DNA from: Eledone cirrhosa
Lineage: Eukaryota
Direction of reading: 5' to 3'
Assembly: GCA_964016885.1 (NCBI GenBank)
Contig: OZ024746.1
Span: forward strand, 90,520,001-90,584,000
DNA length: 64,000 nt
The translations under genes were made by a program, and so were the position numbers. Of this stretch, positions 24,892 to 38,854 are shown piece after piece. The notes under the pieces were generated by a model. The model searched no databases, had not been told where the DNA came from, and saw nothing but the letters and a program-made list of their open reading frames with translations. The first letter of the stretch is position 1. Every line of letters starts with the position of its first letter.

Positions 24892-25659
24892 AACACACAC
24901 ACACTCTCTCCTTCCTAGCATTTACATACCCATGTTCTATATGGTACTCTCCCCACTCTCTTTCTTCTCCCCTACACATGTTCTATATGATACTCTCCCT
25001 CTCTCTCTCTTCATCCCTATATATATATATTGTTGTTTCAAATTAATTTAGGGAAAACTCAAACATCTTTCTATTTCCATTAGCAGCTTTCAAATAATGG
25101 GTGTGCACTGGGGCTGTGAGATGGACACAAGATTGCATATCCCGAGACCCCAAAGAAGGTTGACATATTGAGACCCCAACCCATCCTTAATCATTTTATA
25201 ACATATGGGATGTAATGTACTTTTTTTGACATGTATAATGTTTTTTAGTGTATAAATAAAATTAATTGCCACAAGAATGCTACCACTTACAATAAAGTTT
25301 CACTGGAGATAGATTAGCAAAGTTTAAAACATAAGTAATACACATCTAAAGTTTTTAAAAAATAAGTTGGGTACTTCTCAAGTTTTAGGGATTCAAACTC
25401 AGAGACACACACACACACAGACAGACATACTCAGTTTTATATATACATATACATATATATATAGCATGGAAGATGAACGTTAAACGATGATGATGATGAT
25501 GATATATAAGGGTTTCTGCACAGATTCTGTTTGCCAAATTTACTCACAAGCTATTGTAGAACCTGAAAACACAGTTACAAAGTGAACTTTTAAAAAGTTC
25601 CAATGCGTGTATGTGTGTGTGTGTGTGTGTGTGCGTGTGCGTGTGTATACCATGAGAAT

Positions 25660-25875
25660 GGCACTCAGTCAACCCTGTAATGTGCTGGTGCCACAACAAA
25701 ATGCTCCCAGTCCACACTGTAAGATGGCTGGTGTTAAAAAGGGCATCCAACTGTAGAAACTAAGCCAAAGGCAGAGCATACAAGCAGGCTGTACTCCCTT
25801 GACCTGTGTTGCCTCACTATTTAACAACCTGTGAAACCCATGCAAGCATGGAAAATAGATATTAAATGATGATGA
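25660..25875 (+). mobile_element. SINE family A 3' part
   Basis: gggcatccaactgtagaaac..aacccatgcaagcatggaaaa..gatgatga. Confidence 0.65.
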
Positions 25876-26609
25876 CTCACAAAAATACCACACACACACA
25901 CACACATATGTATGTTGATAGAGTCATAGGGGAGCTGTATTGACATACGGCATTTCTCCGGCATTTTAAGCCTGGCAGAGCCCATCCTTCTCCAGGCCTG
26001 AGTACAGCAGATTTCTTCCAGAGAAAGATAGAAAGTGAAAGAGAGGAAAATGAGAAAGAGATATAGAGGAAGAATCGACCCCAGTACTAGACTGGTACTT
26101 TTTTTTATTGACCTCAAACATACAATCAAATTTCAATTTCAAAGCATTCTAAATTAAGAATAAGTCGAAGTCGTAAATGAATTAGAACTTTCTAAAAAGT
26201 TCCACTACTTTCATAACTTTTTTTGATAAGTGTGAATAAAGTGAAGTTCTCTCAAGAGTTTGCAATAATATTCAGTTTTCCATATTGTCTTTGTAATGGT
26301 TTACCTTACAAGGAATTAATATTTTCTGATCAATGTCTAGATATTTTTGCATCTAACACTTTTCCTGGCTCATATTAGTTTTAAGTGTAAAACAATTAAT
26401 TTAAAGCAACAATAATAGCTTTCTGGAACAATATCAACCTACAACATATGATACTAAATAAATCAAACAATTTTTACAACTGTAAATATGAAAAAATTGG
26501 CAATAGCAAATACCATAATTTAGTTTGGCTAAAATAAAGATATAATTAAAAATGAAAGCAATTTTCAAATTTGTTTATCATAAAATTGAGATGATATCTT
26601 ACAATAAGA

Positions 26610-26803
26610 AATAATTGTTTCTACTTTAGGCACAAGGCCAGCAATTACCCAGTGCATTACTGGTACTTTATTTTATCGACCCCGTAAGGATGAAAGGCAA
26701 AGTTAACCTCGGCGGGATTTGAACTCAGATCATAAACGGCCGTAACTCTTTGCTGCAAAGCATGGTGTCCGACCCTATACCGATACTGCCAATCCACCGC
26801 CCT
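26610..26803 (-). mobile_element. SINE family B (short, young form)
   Basis: Near-identical to 56270-56462 and 48985-49175. Confidence 0.85.
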
Positions 26804-27469
26804 TACAATAAAAAATAATGATGGTTTATTCTCACTCCCGCCCCTCTCTATCCCCCCGCCCACTCCCCTCTCTCTCTCTTACATACACACTTGTCTATAC
26901 TACTTTATTACTTGATTTTAAGCAAGTAAAAATCTGTGATAGCAGAGAGTGTACACTGAGAATGTCTTATCTTAAACCCTTGCAGCCAAATGTGTGTTTG
27001 GCTAGCACAGTGGTGGGATAGATAGATTGGGTATTAGTTGATGTAGTTAACCTACAGATGAGGGCAAAACTAAACATAGCTTCCTTTACCAGAAATAACA
27101 ACATTCTTTTTTATCACTATTTAATTCTGTTTAAATCATTTTGCCACTTAAACTTAGGCTTTTCAACACATTTCAAATATATTTTGAACATTATCAGCAC
27201 AACATTGTGTGTGTTATGTATGTGTGTGTGCAAGTGCATGAGTGTACATATGCAGAGTGTGTGCGTGCGTGTGTGTGTGTGCATGTGCATGAATGTGTGT
27301 GCGTATGTGTAAATGTATGCATGCATGGGTGCATGTGTGTGCATGAATGTGTGTGCATGTGTGTGTGTGTGTATATATGTGTGCATGTTTGTGCACAGTG
27401 GTACAAAGTATATGTCTATCTTAGGTTAATACAACAAATATTGCGATAGGAAAAAACTTGTAAAAAGGT

Positions 27470-27712
27470 CAACTGTGTGTCCTGTCAACAGACACTGTAC
27501 TTTTATGTCCAAAACTGTGTCTTGTCAACAGACACTGTACTTTTATGTCAAAAACTGTGTCAACAGACACTGTACTTTTATTTCCAAACTGTGTCTTGTC
27601 AACAGACACTGTACTGTTGTCAAAAACTGTGTCAACAGACACTACTTTTATGTCAAAAACTGTGTCAACAGACACTGTACTTTTATGTCAAAACTGTGTC
27701 ATGTCAACAGGC
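27470..27712. repeat. ~34-40-bp minisatellite
   Basis: aaaactgtgtcaacagacactgtacttttatgtc units. Confidence 0.9.
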
Positions 27713-28479
27713 ACCATATTTTGTCTTATGTCCAAACACTTAACCATCACAGTCCATGTCCAACGTAGACATAGTAGTAGATAGATGAAATGAGTTGGTA
27801 CAATCTTAACTATCATAAAGAAGGAGGCTGCAGTATAATTAATGGGTTCAAATAAGCAGAAGGTAGCAGGAAACCATTGGAGTATATTAGAGCATTCTTC
27901 CTTAATCTTCAGCATGTTGAATTACGTCCCTTGTGTGAAAGTGTGAAAAAGAAAGATAGAAACAAAATGAATTAATGAGAAAAAAAAAAGGGGGCGGGAG
28001 GTAAAGAAGGGCAGATCTGGCTGGGGAAGTAGAGGAAAGGACTATAAATGTCATGAGAGGAAAAGGGGGGGAAAAGTAAGGACTCAGACTACAGAAGAAA
28101 GGGAGGGGGAAGGAGAGAGGGTGATGGGCTTTGGGTCTAGGATAGGGCAGTGCTTTGGCTGTGCCCGGGTAGTCTACAATCATTCTTGAATTGAATCAAT
28201 AATCTTATGAAGAAATGTTTTATTTAATACACAAAAATCGTTTGAAAAAACCTGCCACAAATTTACTCAACACGAAAGAAATTGTCACCCAGCTATGGTC
28301 ACTCATCATGCGCACAGTGTTGATGGAGAAGATTTGATTCCCTTTCCAAAATACCACAATTTTAGAGCCAAAATTTACTGTTTTATACTGCTACACAATT
28401 TTTTGAATTTATTCCTACTTAAACCTAAATAATTCATTTGTTTCTCTTCTTTCAATTAAACCCGAGTCTCACTTCCAGA

Positions 28480-28685
28480 TGCCACAATATGCCACATTTG
28501 CCAATATGCCATGATATACCACAATATGCCACAATATGCCACATTTGCCACAATATCCCTCAATATGCCACAATATACCTCAATATCCCACATTTGCCAA
28601 TATACCACAATATGCCACAATATCCCACAATATGCCACAATATCCTACAATATGTCACATTTGCCACAATATGCCATATTTGCCA
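28480..28685. repeat. 10-bp degenerate tandem repeat
   Basis: gccacaatat units. Confidence 0.9.
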
Positions 28686-28889
28686 GAAACTCTTTCTTTT
28701 CTAAAACTACATCCTTTACCAAGGAAAGGAATTCCTTTCCAAGCACCAGTCTGTAACAATTCAAAATAAACTTAGTTATTTATAATCTTTTGACCCTAAG
28801 GGAGCTTCCTGAAAGGGCATAGTGAATAACTACACCCACACAGGGTGTTTTGAATGCAAGCCGCCACCACTACCACCACCACACCACTA

Positions 28890-29577
28890 CAGTCTCCTGT
28901 GTGACACAACCAGTCTCTTGTATGACACAACCAGTCTCTTGTGTGACACAACCAGTCTCCTGTGTGACACAACCAGTCTCCTGTGTGACACAACCAGTCT
29001 CTCTTGTGTGACAACCAGTGTCCTGTGTGGCACAACCAGTCTCCTGTGACACAACCAGTCTCTTGTGTGATACAACCAGTCTCCTGTGACACAACCAGTC
29101 CCTTGTGTGACACAATCAGTCTCCTGTGTGGTACAACCAGTCTCCTGTGTGGTACAACCAGTCCCTTGTGTGACACAACCAGTCTCTTGTGTGACACAAC
29201 CAGTCTCTTGTGTGACACAACCAGTCTCTTGTGTGACACAACCAGTCTCTTGTGTGACACAACCAGTCTCTTGTGTGACACAACCAGTCTCTTGTGTGTC
29301 ACAACCAGTCTCTTGTGTGACACAACCAGTCTCTTGTGTGACACAACCAGTCTCCTGTGTGACACAACCAGTCTCTTGTGTGACACAACCAGTCTCCTGT
29401 GTGACAACCAATCTCCTGTGGTACAATCAGTCTCCTGTGGTACAATCAGTCTCTTGGGTGACACAACCAGTCTCTTGGGTGACACAACCAGTCTCCTGTG
29501 TGACACAACCAGTCTCCTGTGACACAACCAGTCTCCTGTGTGACACAACCAGTCTCCTGTGACACAACCAGTCTCCT
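28890..29577. repeat. 21/19-bp minisatellite starting a few bases inside the intron after the candidate exon
   Basis: gtgacacaaccagtctc(c/t)tgt units. Confidence 0.95.
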
Positions 29578-29580
29578 CAC

Positions 29581-29652
29581 CTGACTCTTGCTCAAAAAGC
29601 CCAGGTACATACTTCCATATGCTTTGCCCAGGTCCATGGCACACACCTCCTG
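29581..29652 (-). CDS. Candidate small coding exon of the same gene ((A)GGVCHGPGQSIWKYVPGLFEQES)
   Basis: Acceptor cccctttcctgtgtcTAG|CAG| and donor CAG|GTGAGG; phase 1-1; splices in frame to the 22628 exon giving ..FEQESDSDSDEVVII.. Confidence 0.55.
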
Positions 29653-29738
29653 CTAGACACAGGAAAGGGGTTCCTCCAATGTCTTATGCAAAAACGTATA
29701 AACAACCATCCTTTTTTTAAAAAACAAAAGCAATTCAC

Positions 29739-29939
29739 CTTCCTCCTCATCATTGCATTGAACAAGATGGCACCAAGTTTTCTGACATACCTCGTTCATG
29801 TCTTCTTTTCCTTGCGTTGGATGTTGGATCATATCAAGGAACTCCCTGTGACCCACAATACTTGCAAAAGATGAGTTGTTGTTACTGCTTATGCTATTGT
29901 TGTCATTCAAGTTTGTGTTTTTGCTTGTCAAAATATTAG
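29739..29939 (-). CDS. Candidate coding exon (..NTNLNDNNSISSNNNSSFASIVGHREFLDMIQ..CQKTWCHLVQCNDEEE)
   Basis: Open frame; donor AAG|GTGAAT (phase 1) gives an 86/89-nt intron in frame with the 29652/29649 acceptors; 5' boundary uncertain and an alternative donor GAG|GTATGT lies inside. Confidence 0.35.
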
Positions 29940-30544
29940 CTTACAACGCGGAAGGACGTAAAAATATTACAAAGCGGACATAAAGATGATGATGACAACT
30001 GTGTGTTTGTTTATCTATCAATTTTGTCCGTTTAACTTTTTTCTTAAAATTCTGTTTTTGTGTTCTAAATAAATTAAAAAAGCTGGACTACTAAGAGCAA
30101 AATAAAAAAAAAAAACTAAAAAAAAAACTTTTTTTTCCTATATGTAATACTGGAGGAAACTATTTTCTAAATGGAACTCTGTGAAACATTGCTGTTCATA
30201 GAAAACAACAACAGTAATAACAATATTAAATAGGTTTTATGCAACATCAATTTATGGGTAATTATTCATACAGAGAAAGATACAAGCCACATAAAATTGC
30301 TAATAGTCATTTTAGAAATCCATTTTGTGTAGAAAAGATATTGTGAACATAATATAGCGTGTAGAAGATTCTCTCTACTACTCATTAGTAATCAGTGCAC
30401 ATTCTCACATTTTTAAATAGACAACCAAAGAGAATGGTTATTGAACTGTATTAATAGGATAATTTTCAAGCAATCAATACAGACATTCTTCAGCTATTAT
30501 GATATTAAAATATTACATTTTGTTTGTTTGATAGCTTGGTTATT

Positions 30545-30767
30545 TGTGTTTTGTAAGGGAGGATTGTGTTTTGTAAGGGAGTTTGTTTTGTAAGGGAGGG
30601 TTGTGTTTTGTAAGGGTGGGGGTTGTGTTTTATAAGGGAGGGTTGTGTTTTATAAGGGAGGGTTGTGTTTTGTAAGGGTGGGGTTGTGTTTTGTAAGGGA
30701 GGGTTGTGTTTTATAAGGGTGGGTTGTGTTTTGTAAGGGAGGGTTGCATTTTGTACGGGAGGGTTGA
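30545..30767. repeat. ~20-21-bp minisatellite
   Basis: gttgtgttttgtaagggaggg units. Confidence 0.92.
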
Positions 30768-31159
30768 ACCCAACCTAATGCTACATTAATACCTCCAATG
30801 GAAGGGGAAATAACCCCAGTTTAAGTATATATTACAAACATGGTGATGTGATCGAGTTTGCTTTGCAATCACATGGTTCTGGGTTTGATGCCACTGTGTG
30901 ACACTTCAGGCAACTCTTTTCTATAAGAATCTCAAGCTGATCAATATCTGCAAATGGGATAAATAGAAATGGAGCTGAAGCTCATATACTGTATACAGTC
31001 TTCTATAAATTACACCTTTCCCATGAAAATATGATGTGAAAAACCAGCACGCAACTCTTCTACAGGATTTCCAAAACTCTAAATCAAAATATATGGTACA
31101 TTGTAAATGTTGTCTAAAATATTGTTGAAACACACATGTATGTGTGCGTATGTATGTGT

Positions 31160-31523
31160 ATATGTGTGTGCATGCCTGTGTGTTTGTGTGTGCATGCCTG
31201 TGTGTTTGTGTGTGCATGCCTGTGTGTTTGGTTTGTGTGTGCATGCCTGTGTGTTTGGTTTGTGTGTGCATGCCTGTGTGTTTGTGTGTGCATGCCTGCG
31301 TGTTTGTGCGTGCATGCCTGTGTGTTTGTGTGTGCATGCCTGTGTGGTTGTGTGTGCATGCCTGTGTGTTTGTGTGTGCATGCCTGTGTGTTTGTGTGTA
31401 CATGCCTGTGTGTTTGTGTGTGCATGCCTGTGTGTTTGTGTGTGCATGCCTGTGTGGTTGTGTGTGCATGCTTGTGTGTTTGTGTGTGCATGCCTGTGTG
31501 TTTGTGTGTGCATGCCTGTGTGT
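31160..31523. repeat. 22-bp (TG)-derived minisatellite
   Basis: gtgtgtttgtgtgtgcatgcct units. Confidence 0.92.
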
Positions 31524-31683
31524 ATCTTTAAAGAATATGTATCAGCAAAAGATGTAAACATTGGTGTAAAAATCTGATAAACCAAAGTTTCAGAATAAAA
31601 ATAGCTTGTGGCATTTCTTCCCACTGAGTTACACACATACATGTCGTAAATATAGTAATAATTGGTCTATTGGAATCTTGGAA

Positions 31684-31830
31684 CCAATGATGTTGTTGAT
31701 GTTGCTGCTGTTGTTGTAACCAATGCTGCTGTTGTTGTTGTTGATGTTGCTGCTATTGTCGTAACCAATGTTGTTGTTGTTCTTGTTGCTATTGTCGTAA
31801 CCAATGATGTTGTTGCTGTTGTTGTTGTTC
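31684..31830. repeat. (GTT/GCT)n-derived repeat with recurring gtaaccaat
   Basis: Direct reading. Confidence 0.8.
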
Positions 31831-32925
31831 ACAAAACTCGATACATAATAAAGCCACCACTAGAAGCTGAGTCAATACAGCAATAAGAGGGGCTATTGTT
31901 AGAATCATACAACTGTTTGGGAACATAATCGACTTTCTGCTTTAAAGTTCTCTCTTTACCCCAAAGCAATCAACTAATGAAACCTAAAAGTTTAACCCAA
32001 TTCTTTACATACTCAGCTAAAATATAGTATTTCTCATATGTACCTCTGGCATTTTCTTTCCTAATATTACCAGAGAAACTGATTATTTAATAAAAAAAAA
32101 TACTGTTCATATACCCTGTTAAATGATTTCCTAATTAGGTATGATGCCTAGAAGTTATAAAAAGTAATGAGAAACATACTCCATGAAACTACTGCAATTG
32201 ACAGGTAAAAAATTAAAAAATATATATAATTTCTGGCATAACTCCTGTATATTATTTTTTTCAGTTAAAGTTCAGAAGAAATCAAAGCTCTTACTGGAAC
32301 AGATCCCCCTCTTCCTCTTCATCCTTATTTAACATCCAGCTTCCCTGCTAGCAAGGGTTGGCTGGGTCTTCAAAGACCAAGTGAATACTCAAGCAGAGCT
32401 ACTCACCTCTAAGATGAGCTGGGAGTCTACATCTTACATTCCTGTCTTCTATTCTGTACATTTTATCATGGCACCAGCATTAAGGTGGTCAGCATGTCTT
32501 TGACAAAGATGGAGAATCTTCCTAAACACTTTGTTTGGAAGGTTTTCTATGGTCGGATGCCCTTCCTTTCCCCAACCACTTTACACAATGTACTGGGTGA
32601 GTTCATCATGTAAATCATCAACACTAGAGAGGTTGTCATGGCTTTGACATAATTGATGAGTTCTACTGACCCTTTGTTTAGTAAGCCTTATCTCACTGGA
32701 AGTGATGTCACATGTATATACAGGCTGACCACAAAAACATTCCTTCATTTCAAATACTTAAACCCATGCTAGCGTGGAAGATGGACGTTAAACGATGATG
32801 ATGATGAAAACCTAAATAAATATTCTTACAATATTGGTGGCTACAGTTGCATAAATTAACACAATTTTATGTGGTATTGGTTGATATCATAGACACTCAA
32901 TGTGTGCCCCTTTTTTCGCTTGGCA

Positions 32926-33387
32926 AACATCATCATCATCATCATCATCATCACCGTTTTACGTCCGTTCTTCCACGCTAGCATGGGTTCGACGGGTTGT
33001 CCTGTTGTGGGCAGTGTCCAGTCGGCTGACCTTGTCTTGCTCATACGGGAACTGATTCTGGCTTGCTTTCTACAGCTGGATGCTCTTCCTAACACCAACC
33101 TCATTTACAGTGAGAGCTGGATGCTTTTTTTTTTTCCGTGGCGCCTACACAGCGACTTTTACAGTGTGCTCTGGGTGCTTTTTTGCTGAGGCACCTCCAT
33201 GACCACTTTTCAGTGGAATGATAGGGACCCCAGTCCCTATTATCTCATTTCTACAGCTGAGTAAACTGGAGCAATGTGAAATAAAGTGTCTTGCTCAAGG
33301 AAACAACACATCACCCGGTCCGAGAATTGAACTCACAACCTTTCGATTGCAAGCCCAATGCTCTAACCATTAAGCCATGTGCCTTCA
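32926..33387 (-). mobile_element. Full-length SINE family A (long tail form)
   Basis: (CAT)n tail through to A/B-box head. Confidence 0.85.
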
Positions 33388-34212
33388 CAATAATGTGATA
33401 ATCAAGTTTGGAGTGCCCCCCCCCCCCCACCCCACCCGTATATTTCATATGAAAAGATCTAATTAATGACCTAGACCATCTCTATTGTTATTCCTTCAGA
33501 ACAATTATAATGCTAGCCTTAAGTGATTAAAGATTTACAAGTTAAAACCACAAACAAGTTATCTTTTGTAACTTTATATAAACAATAGACAAATTTAAAC
33601 AACTGCTTTATGAGCAGTATGTGGTCCTTGACCTGTCTAAGATGACAGTGACTTGCTAAAAATACGAGCATGATGACTTGTCCAACCTATGCTGGAATAG
33701 TGTGGTCCCACCTCACCCCGTAACTCCTGAGGGAGTCACAGGGACAATGTATTGACATACACCATTTCTAGAGAATTTTTAAAAAACCTGGTGAAGCCCA
33801 ATCTTCTCCAGGTCTATACTAGTATAGTAACTGGACATAAAAGGATTATAATAGATACATTATAAAGAATACTTCAAAAACTAAGTCTTAAATTTCACCC
33901 AATATAAGACATTTCTTTAAGTTAGTAAAAAATATATGTTCATATAAAATATATAAATAATCAACACAAAAAATCCAGTGAGATTAAACATGTTATTTCC
34001 TACATTGGAGGATCTGTCTATAAGGTCAATAAGCATATCTTTCACTTATGCTAGGTAATATACTCTTAGCACACCCTACTCCACTGCTAATTAAGTTACC
34101 TAGGTAGCAGAAGCTATCACCCACTTTTATGGACACTTCCTGTGGAGGGATTTGTCTCTAACATATCTTTAACTTTGACTTCATTTTGGTGAAATTATTC
34201 CCTAAGTTTAAG

Positions 34213-34337
34213 CCCGGGTTCAATCGGGGATAACCACAGTAAATAAGGTACTCAATGCATAGTAGAGTATACCATGTTTATTTAATATAGCAATGGATTC
34301 TACAGGACTAGAACTGTTTCATTGAAAGGAAATCATA
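34213..34337 (-). mobile_element. Penelope-like terminal fragment (family also at 37947 and 41659)
   Basis: cccgggttcaatc..gtactcaatgcatagtagagt..ctacaggactagaactgtttcatt, shared left boundary in three copies. Confidence 0.5.
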
Positions 34338-36019
34338 ATTGAAAGGCATCTATAATGAAATAGGGAAATATCAACCCATTACAGTCAATAGGAAAATAAA
34401 AAATACAGAAAAGGTTAGAATATCATGTATCAAATTGATTTGAATATCTGAATAGCCTTGGATTATTGGTAGAAACATTGTGTGATATAGGAATGCTTCA
34501 AAACCCTTCTTCAGTTAAAGAATTTTCTATTGGATCCTTGATCATGGAAAACTAAATTCTATGCATGGATATAAAAAAAAATAATAATAATATGTAAAAG
34601 TTTAAATGAAGCTAAAAGTTGTGCTTTGTGATTGAGATTTACAATGGGGAAAAGCCAGAATTGTGTTGATTCAATATAACCAAGGTGGAAAGATAAAAGA
34701 AGAGGGAATATAATAGATCAGACCTAATGTAGCTACAGAGCAAAAATAAATATGATATCCTCTTTAGGAAGAAGAAGCTGAATTAATTGAGCAGAAGAAT
34801 TCAAAAGGATCAGCAAACTAAATCCCACATCCTGAACATAATTGAAATATACTGATTAGACAGCACTAGAGAAAATAACTGGATACCTACTTCTCGTAGA
34901 AACCATTCAAATACAATAAGTAAATCAGTCAGGAACTATAGTTAACAGCAACTGCAGGAAGTGACAGCTAAGTATTTAGACAGGAACATGAGAAGTGGAT
35001 AGAAGTGAAAACACAGGAGAGTTTGTTAAAATGTTAAATGCAAAAAAAAAAAAGGTTGCTTTCAACTATTTCGAATTGAAATAAAAGAGAAAGAAAAAAG
35101 AAAATTGGTTACCATCACAATAATGTTAATATGAATAATGGAAGTAATAAAAATAAATTTAAAGTACTCCTAAAGTACAAGCTTTTAAACTTTATCAATA
35201 AAAGATTTTTGTTTAACAGTTTTTTTTTTCTTTTCAAAGAATATCAGAAAGTTTAGTAGAATATAAAATTCCAAATTACATTAACCTTTTTATTATCATT
35301 TTTCTAATCAAATACACTGCCCATAATTTTCAGATAATTTTGAAATTAATCAAGAATTTGGAGGGATTTAATAATATAATTTTGTTGTTATTAAGTTGGT
35401 GTTGGTGTAAGGATGGTGGATTGGCAGAACCATCAGAGTGCCAGACAAACGTTTTGTGGCATATAGTTACAGCCCTTTTTACTCTGAGTTGAAATCCTGT
35501 TGAGGTCAACTTTCCCTTTCATTCTTCTGGGGTTGATAAAATAAAGTACCAGTAAACTACTTGAATTGATATAATTATTAAGTAGGTTTTTGGAACATAT
35601 CCTAACAAAGGTTCTCATTGGAAGGTTTTGAGGTAAATATAAACACTTTAATGTAACCAGTTCTGTATCATAGAACTAGAGGAAGTTTTGGTATCAAAAC
35701 GTTTTTTAATAAAGTATAATATATTTGCAGTACACACTGTAAAGTAATTGGTCATAGGAAGGGTAACCAGCCATAAAAAGCTTGCCAAATAAATGGTTGG
35801 GAGGACTCTCAGTTGTATCAAAAAGATGACAATCTTCATCTATGGACTGGTAGAATGTGGGATTGTACATATGTGAGATGACAGATCACTGGCTTGTCTG
35901 GGAGAATCCTCACTCCAGTATCGACTTGGTCTACATAGACCTGTTCAACCCTTGCTAGCAAAGAGAAAAGTGGACATTAAAATGATGACTATATATATGT
36001 GTGTGCGCGCGTTATTTAA

Positions 36020-36446
36020 CCCTTTAGCATTCACATTACTCTATATATACTATTATATTTTCATGGTAAAGGCTTTATCTCACATAATTATCTCACATAA
36101 TATCTCACATAACATTCACATTACTCTATATATACTATTATATTTTCATGGTAAAGGCTTTATCTCACATAACATTCACATTACTCTATATATACTATTA
36201 TATTTTCATGGTAAAGGCTTTACCTCACATAATTATCTCACATAACATTCACATTACTCTATATATACTATTATATTTTCATGGTAAAGGCTTTATCTCA
36301 CATAATATCTCACATAATATCGAATCTATGAGATTTTGAAAGTATTTATTTTGAGAACAATACCTTAACATCAGTTTGAGCGACCAGTTACAGCCAGTTT
36401 CAACAGAAAGAGGTAGAGAATTCTGGCTGGTTTGAACATTAAAGGG
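36020..36446. mobile_element. piggyBac-type MITE family 1 with ~4 internal units
   Basis: TTAA-CCCTTTAGCATT...ATTAAAGGG-TTAA. Confidence 0.85.
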
Positions 36447-36557
36447 TTAAACGCTAAGTAATACAAAAGGTACATTTCATTTAAGATGAAACAAAATAAC
36501 CTTTGTAAAAAAAATTCAATATTTAAATAAAAGATTCATTGTCAGTATTACACTTTG

Positions 36558-36700
36558 AGTATGACATCCTAAGAGGCCTTACTATATTTCTTTGTACGGC
36601 ATACTAAGAGGCCTTGCAATGTTTCTTTGTATGACATCCTAAGAGGCCTTACTATATTTCTTTGTACGACATCCTAAGAGTCCTTGCAATGTTTCTTTAT
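36558..36700. repeat. ~34-35-bp tandem repeat (4 units, alternating variants)
   Basis: gacatcctaagaggccttactatatttctttgta / ..ccttgcaatgtttctttgta. Confidence 0.8.
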
Positions 36701-37127
36701 ACATATAACTCCAGTATAAGTGTCACTTGGTATTGTGTTTCAATGCACTACTGTGCATTAAAACCTGACATTTCCATGTTTATTATAATGTATATTGTTT
36801 ATAGCAATCTTGATGAATATTACTACTTGTACATATAAATAGTTATTTATATCATTTGGTTCATTTTAATAGGTTAGATAGTCTAACTCATTATATATCA
36901 TCATCATCCTCATTTAATGTCTGCTTTCTCTGCTAGCAAGGGTTGGATGGGTCTATATAGACCTGAAGCAGGGCTACTGACCTCCCAGATAGGCCAAGGG
37001 GTCTGCATCCCACTTATGTATAGTTATATTGAGTGTAGAAGGTAATTGTGGACTGAGGACACCAGAGGTGAAGATGTTGACCAAAAGAAGACATGAGCCA
37101 AGTCCTTGTATAGGCTATTATCTAGTA

Positions 37128-37320
37128 AGCGAGTGGATTGGCCGTATCGGTAGAGGGTCGGACGCCATGTTTTGACGCATAGAGTTATGGCCCTTGCCAT
37201 TCTGAGTTCAAATCCAGCTGAGGATAACTTTGCCTTTCATCCTTACGGGGTCGATAAAATAAAGTACCAGTAATGCACTGGGGTAATTGCTGGCCTTGTG
37301 CCAAAAGTAGAAACAATTAT
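37128..37320 (+). mobile_element. SINE family B (short form) with probable TSD
   Basis: Head-to-tail match to other copies; attatctagtaag flanks both ends (37117-37129 and 37316-37328). Confidence 0.85.
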
Positions 37321-37946
37321 CTAGTAAGTTCATTTTAAAATAATATTACTATCCATTGAAATATATTTAATGAATAGGGGTTATGGAGCATAGTGATTGG
37401 TAAAGGCAAAGGGTTAGAAAAATCTATATTTAGAATTCATAAAACACAATTAAAAGCAAGATTTAAACCAAACAAGTTAACAAAATTATATCTCAGTTAA
37501 GCCTTGTAGACAAACAGGGTGAAGTATAGCCCCATCATGGAGTTCCCCTTAAAAGGTTGCAAGTTCAAATTCTATGAAAGGTATTATCTTCTGCTCTGCT
37601 CTCTATATTAAGTACATTATTGGCATGAGCTTACCTTCCAGAACAATGGAAACTATTTTAAGGATGGGTAATAAAGGTAATCACATTAAAATATTTTGTA
37701 AAAAGAGAGGAAGAAGATAAAGAGTGTCAAAGTATTCCAGCTTTTGATAAAACTATTCAACCATTCCCCTTCAGTGTTTTTAACCAGAATTATCACAAGT
37801 TATTGATGTCAACAATCTAATATAAACTAATAGACTGTAGATTTCAAATATTCATTTTCAGTGTTTACTGATGATAATTCAAATAACAGGTACAGACCCT
37901 CAACTATCAATATATTCCCTCTCACTCTTTCATATGTCTGTGTGAG

Positions 37947-38145
37947 TCCCGGGTTCAATCTGAGGTAACCACAATAAGTAACAAACTCAATACATTAGTT
38001 GAGTGTATTACAACAAAATTTAATATAGAAATGGCTTCTACAGGACTAGAGCTGTTTCATTCGAAGGAAATCATCCAGAAAAGCCTTGATAATTTCCTTC
38101 AAATGAAACAGTTCTAGTCCTGTAGAAGCCATTTCTATATTAAAT

Positions 38146-38150
<5 letters not shown>
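37947..38150. mobile_element. Penelope-like end with inverted duplication, abutting (TA)n
   Basis: aaaatttaatatagaaatggcttctacaggactaga...tctagtcctgtagaagccatttctatattaaatttt arms. Confidence 0.55.
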
Positions 38151-38230
<80 letters not shown>

Positions 38231-38457
38231 CTGATTATGTTGTTATTTCTGTTTATCTTTTACACATACATATATATATATATTTAATTAGAAAGTGAAC
38301 AACACAAAATATAACTACTCCATTACCAAAGGTTTCTGTATCCCAGACAATAATAATATACGTCTGGCTTGGTCATCAGACAGAGATGTTATAGATAAAT
38401 GAGATTTAAAATCTGTTAAAAATTGGAATTCTTTTGCTTTTCCTTTGGAATTACCTA

Positions 38458-38510
<53 letters not shown>

Positions 38511-38854
38511 TAGTAAAATTAACAAAGAGAGGAAAAAGACAAAAAACAAAACAAAATGAAAAACATAAAAAAATGTTTTTTGAAAATAAAAATACAAATG
38601 AAAGACACAGAACTCCAGGGTCATTGGCCATTGAGATGGACATTAGCTGTTTTGACCCCTACAAACAGTACTGATGGTCCAATTGGGGCACAACATCTGA
38701 CAATATATATTCCTTACACTACCCTACCCAACAACTAAGTACAACTGGCCCAAAATACACTACACAAAATACCCAGTTAAATTGAAATAAAATTTAAATC
38801 ACAACAGAAATATATACACTAACACAGTCTAAAAAAGTCTAAAGTCTGTCTTAA

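Noticed and set aside
28796-29644. 282-aa ORF and overlapping ORFs
   Set aside because: Only the first ~20 codons are unique (candidate exon); the rest reads through a donor site into a 21-bp minisatellite
34400-35000. Purine-rich stretch with faint RT-like traces (similar at 7200-7600 and 9350-9800)
   Set aside because: Too decayed to assign without alignment
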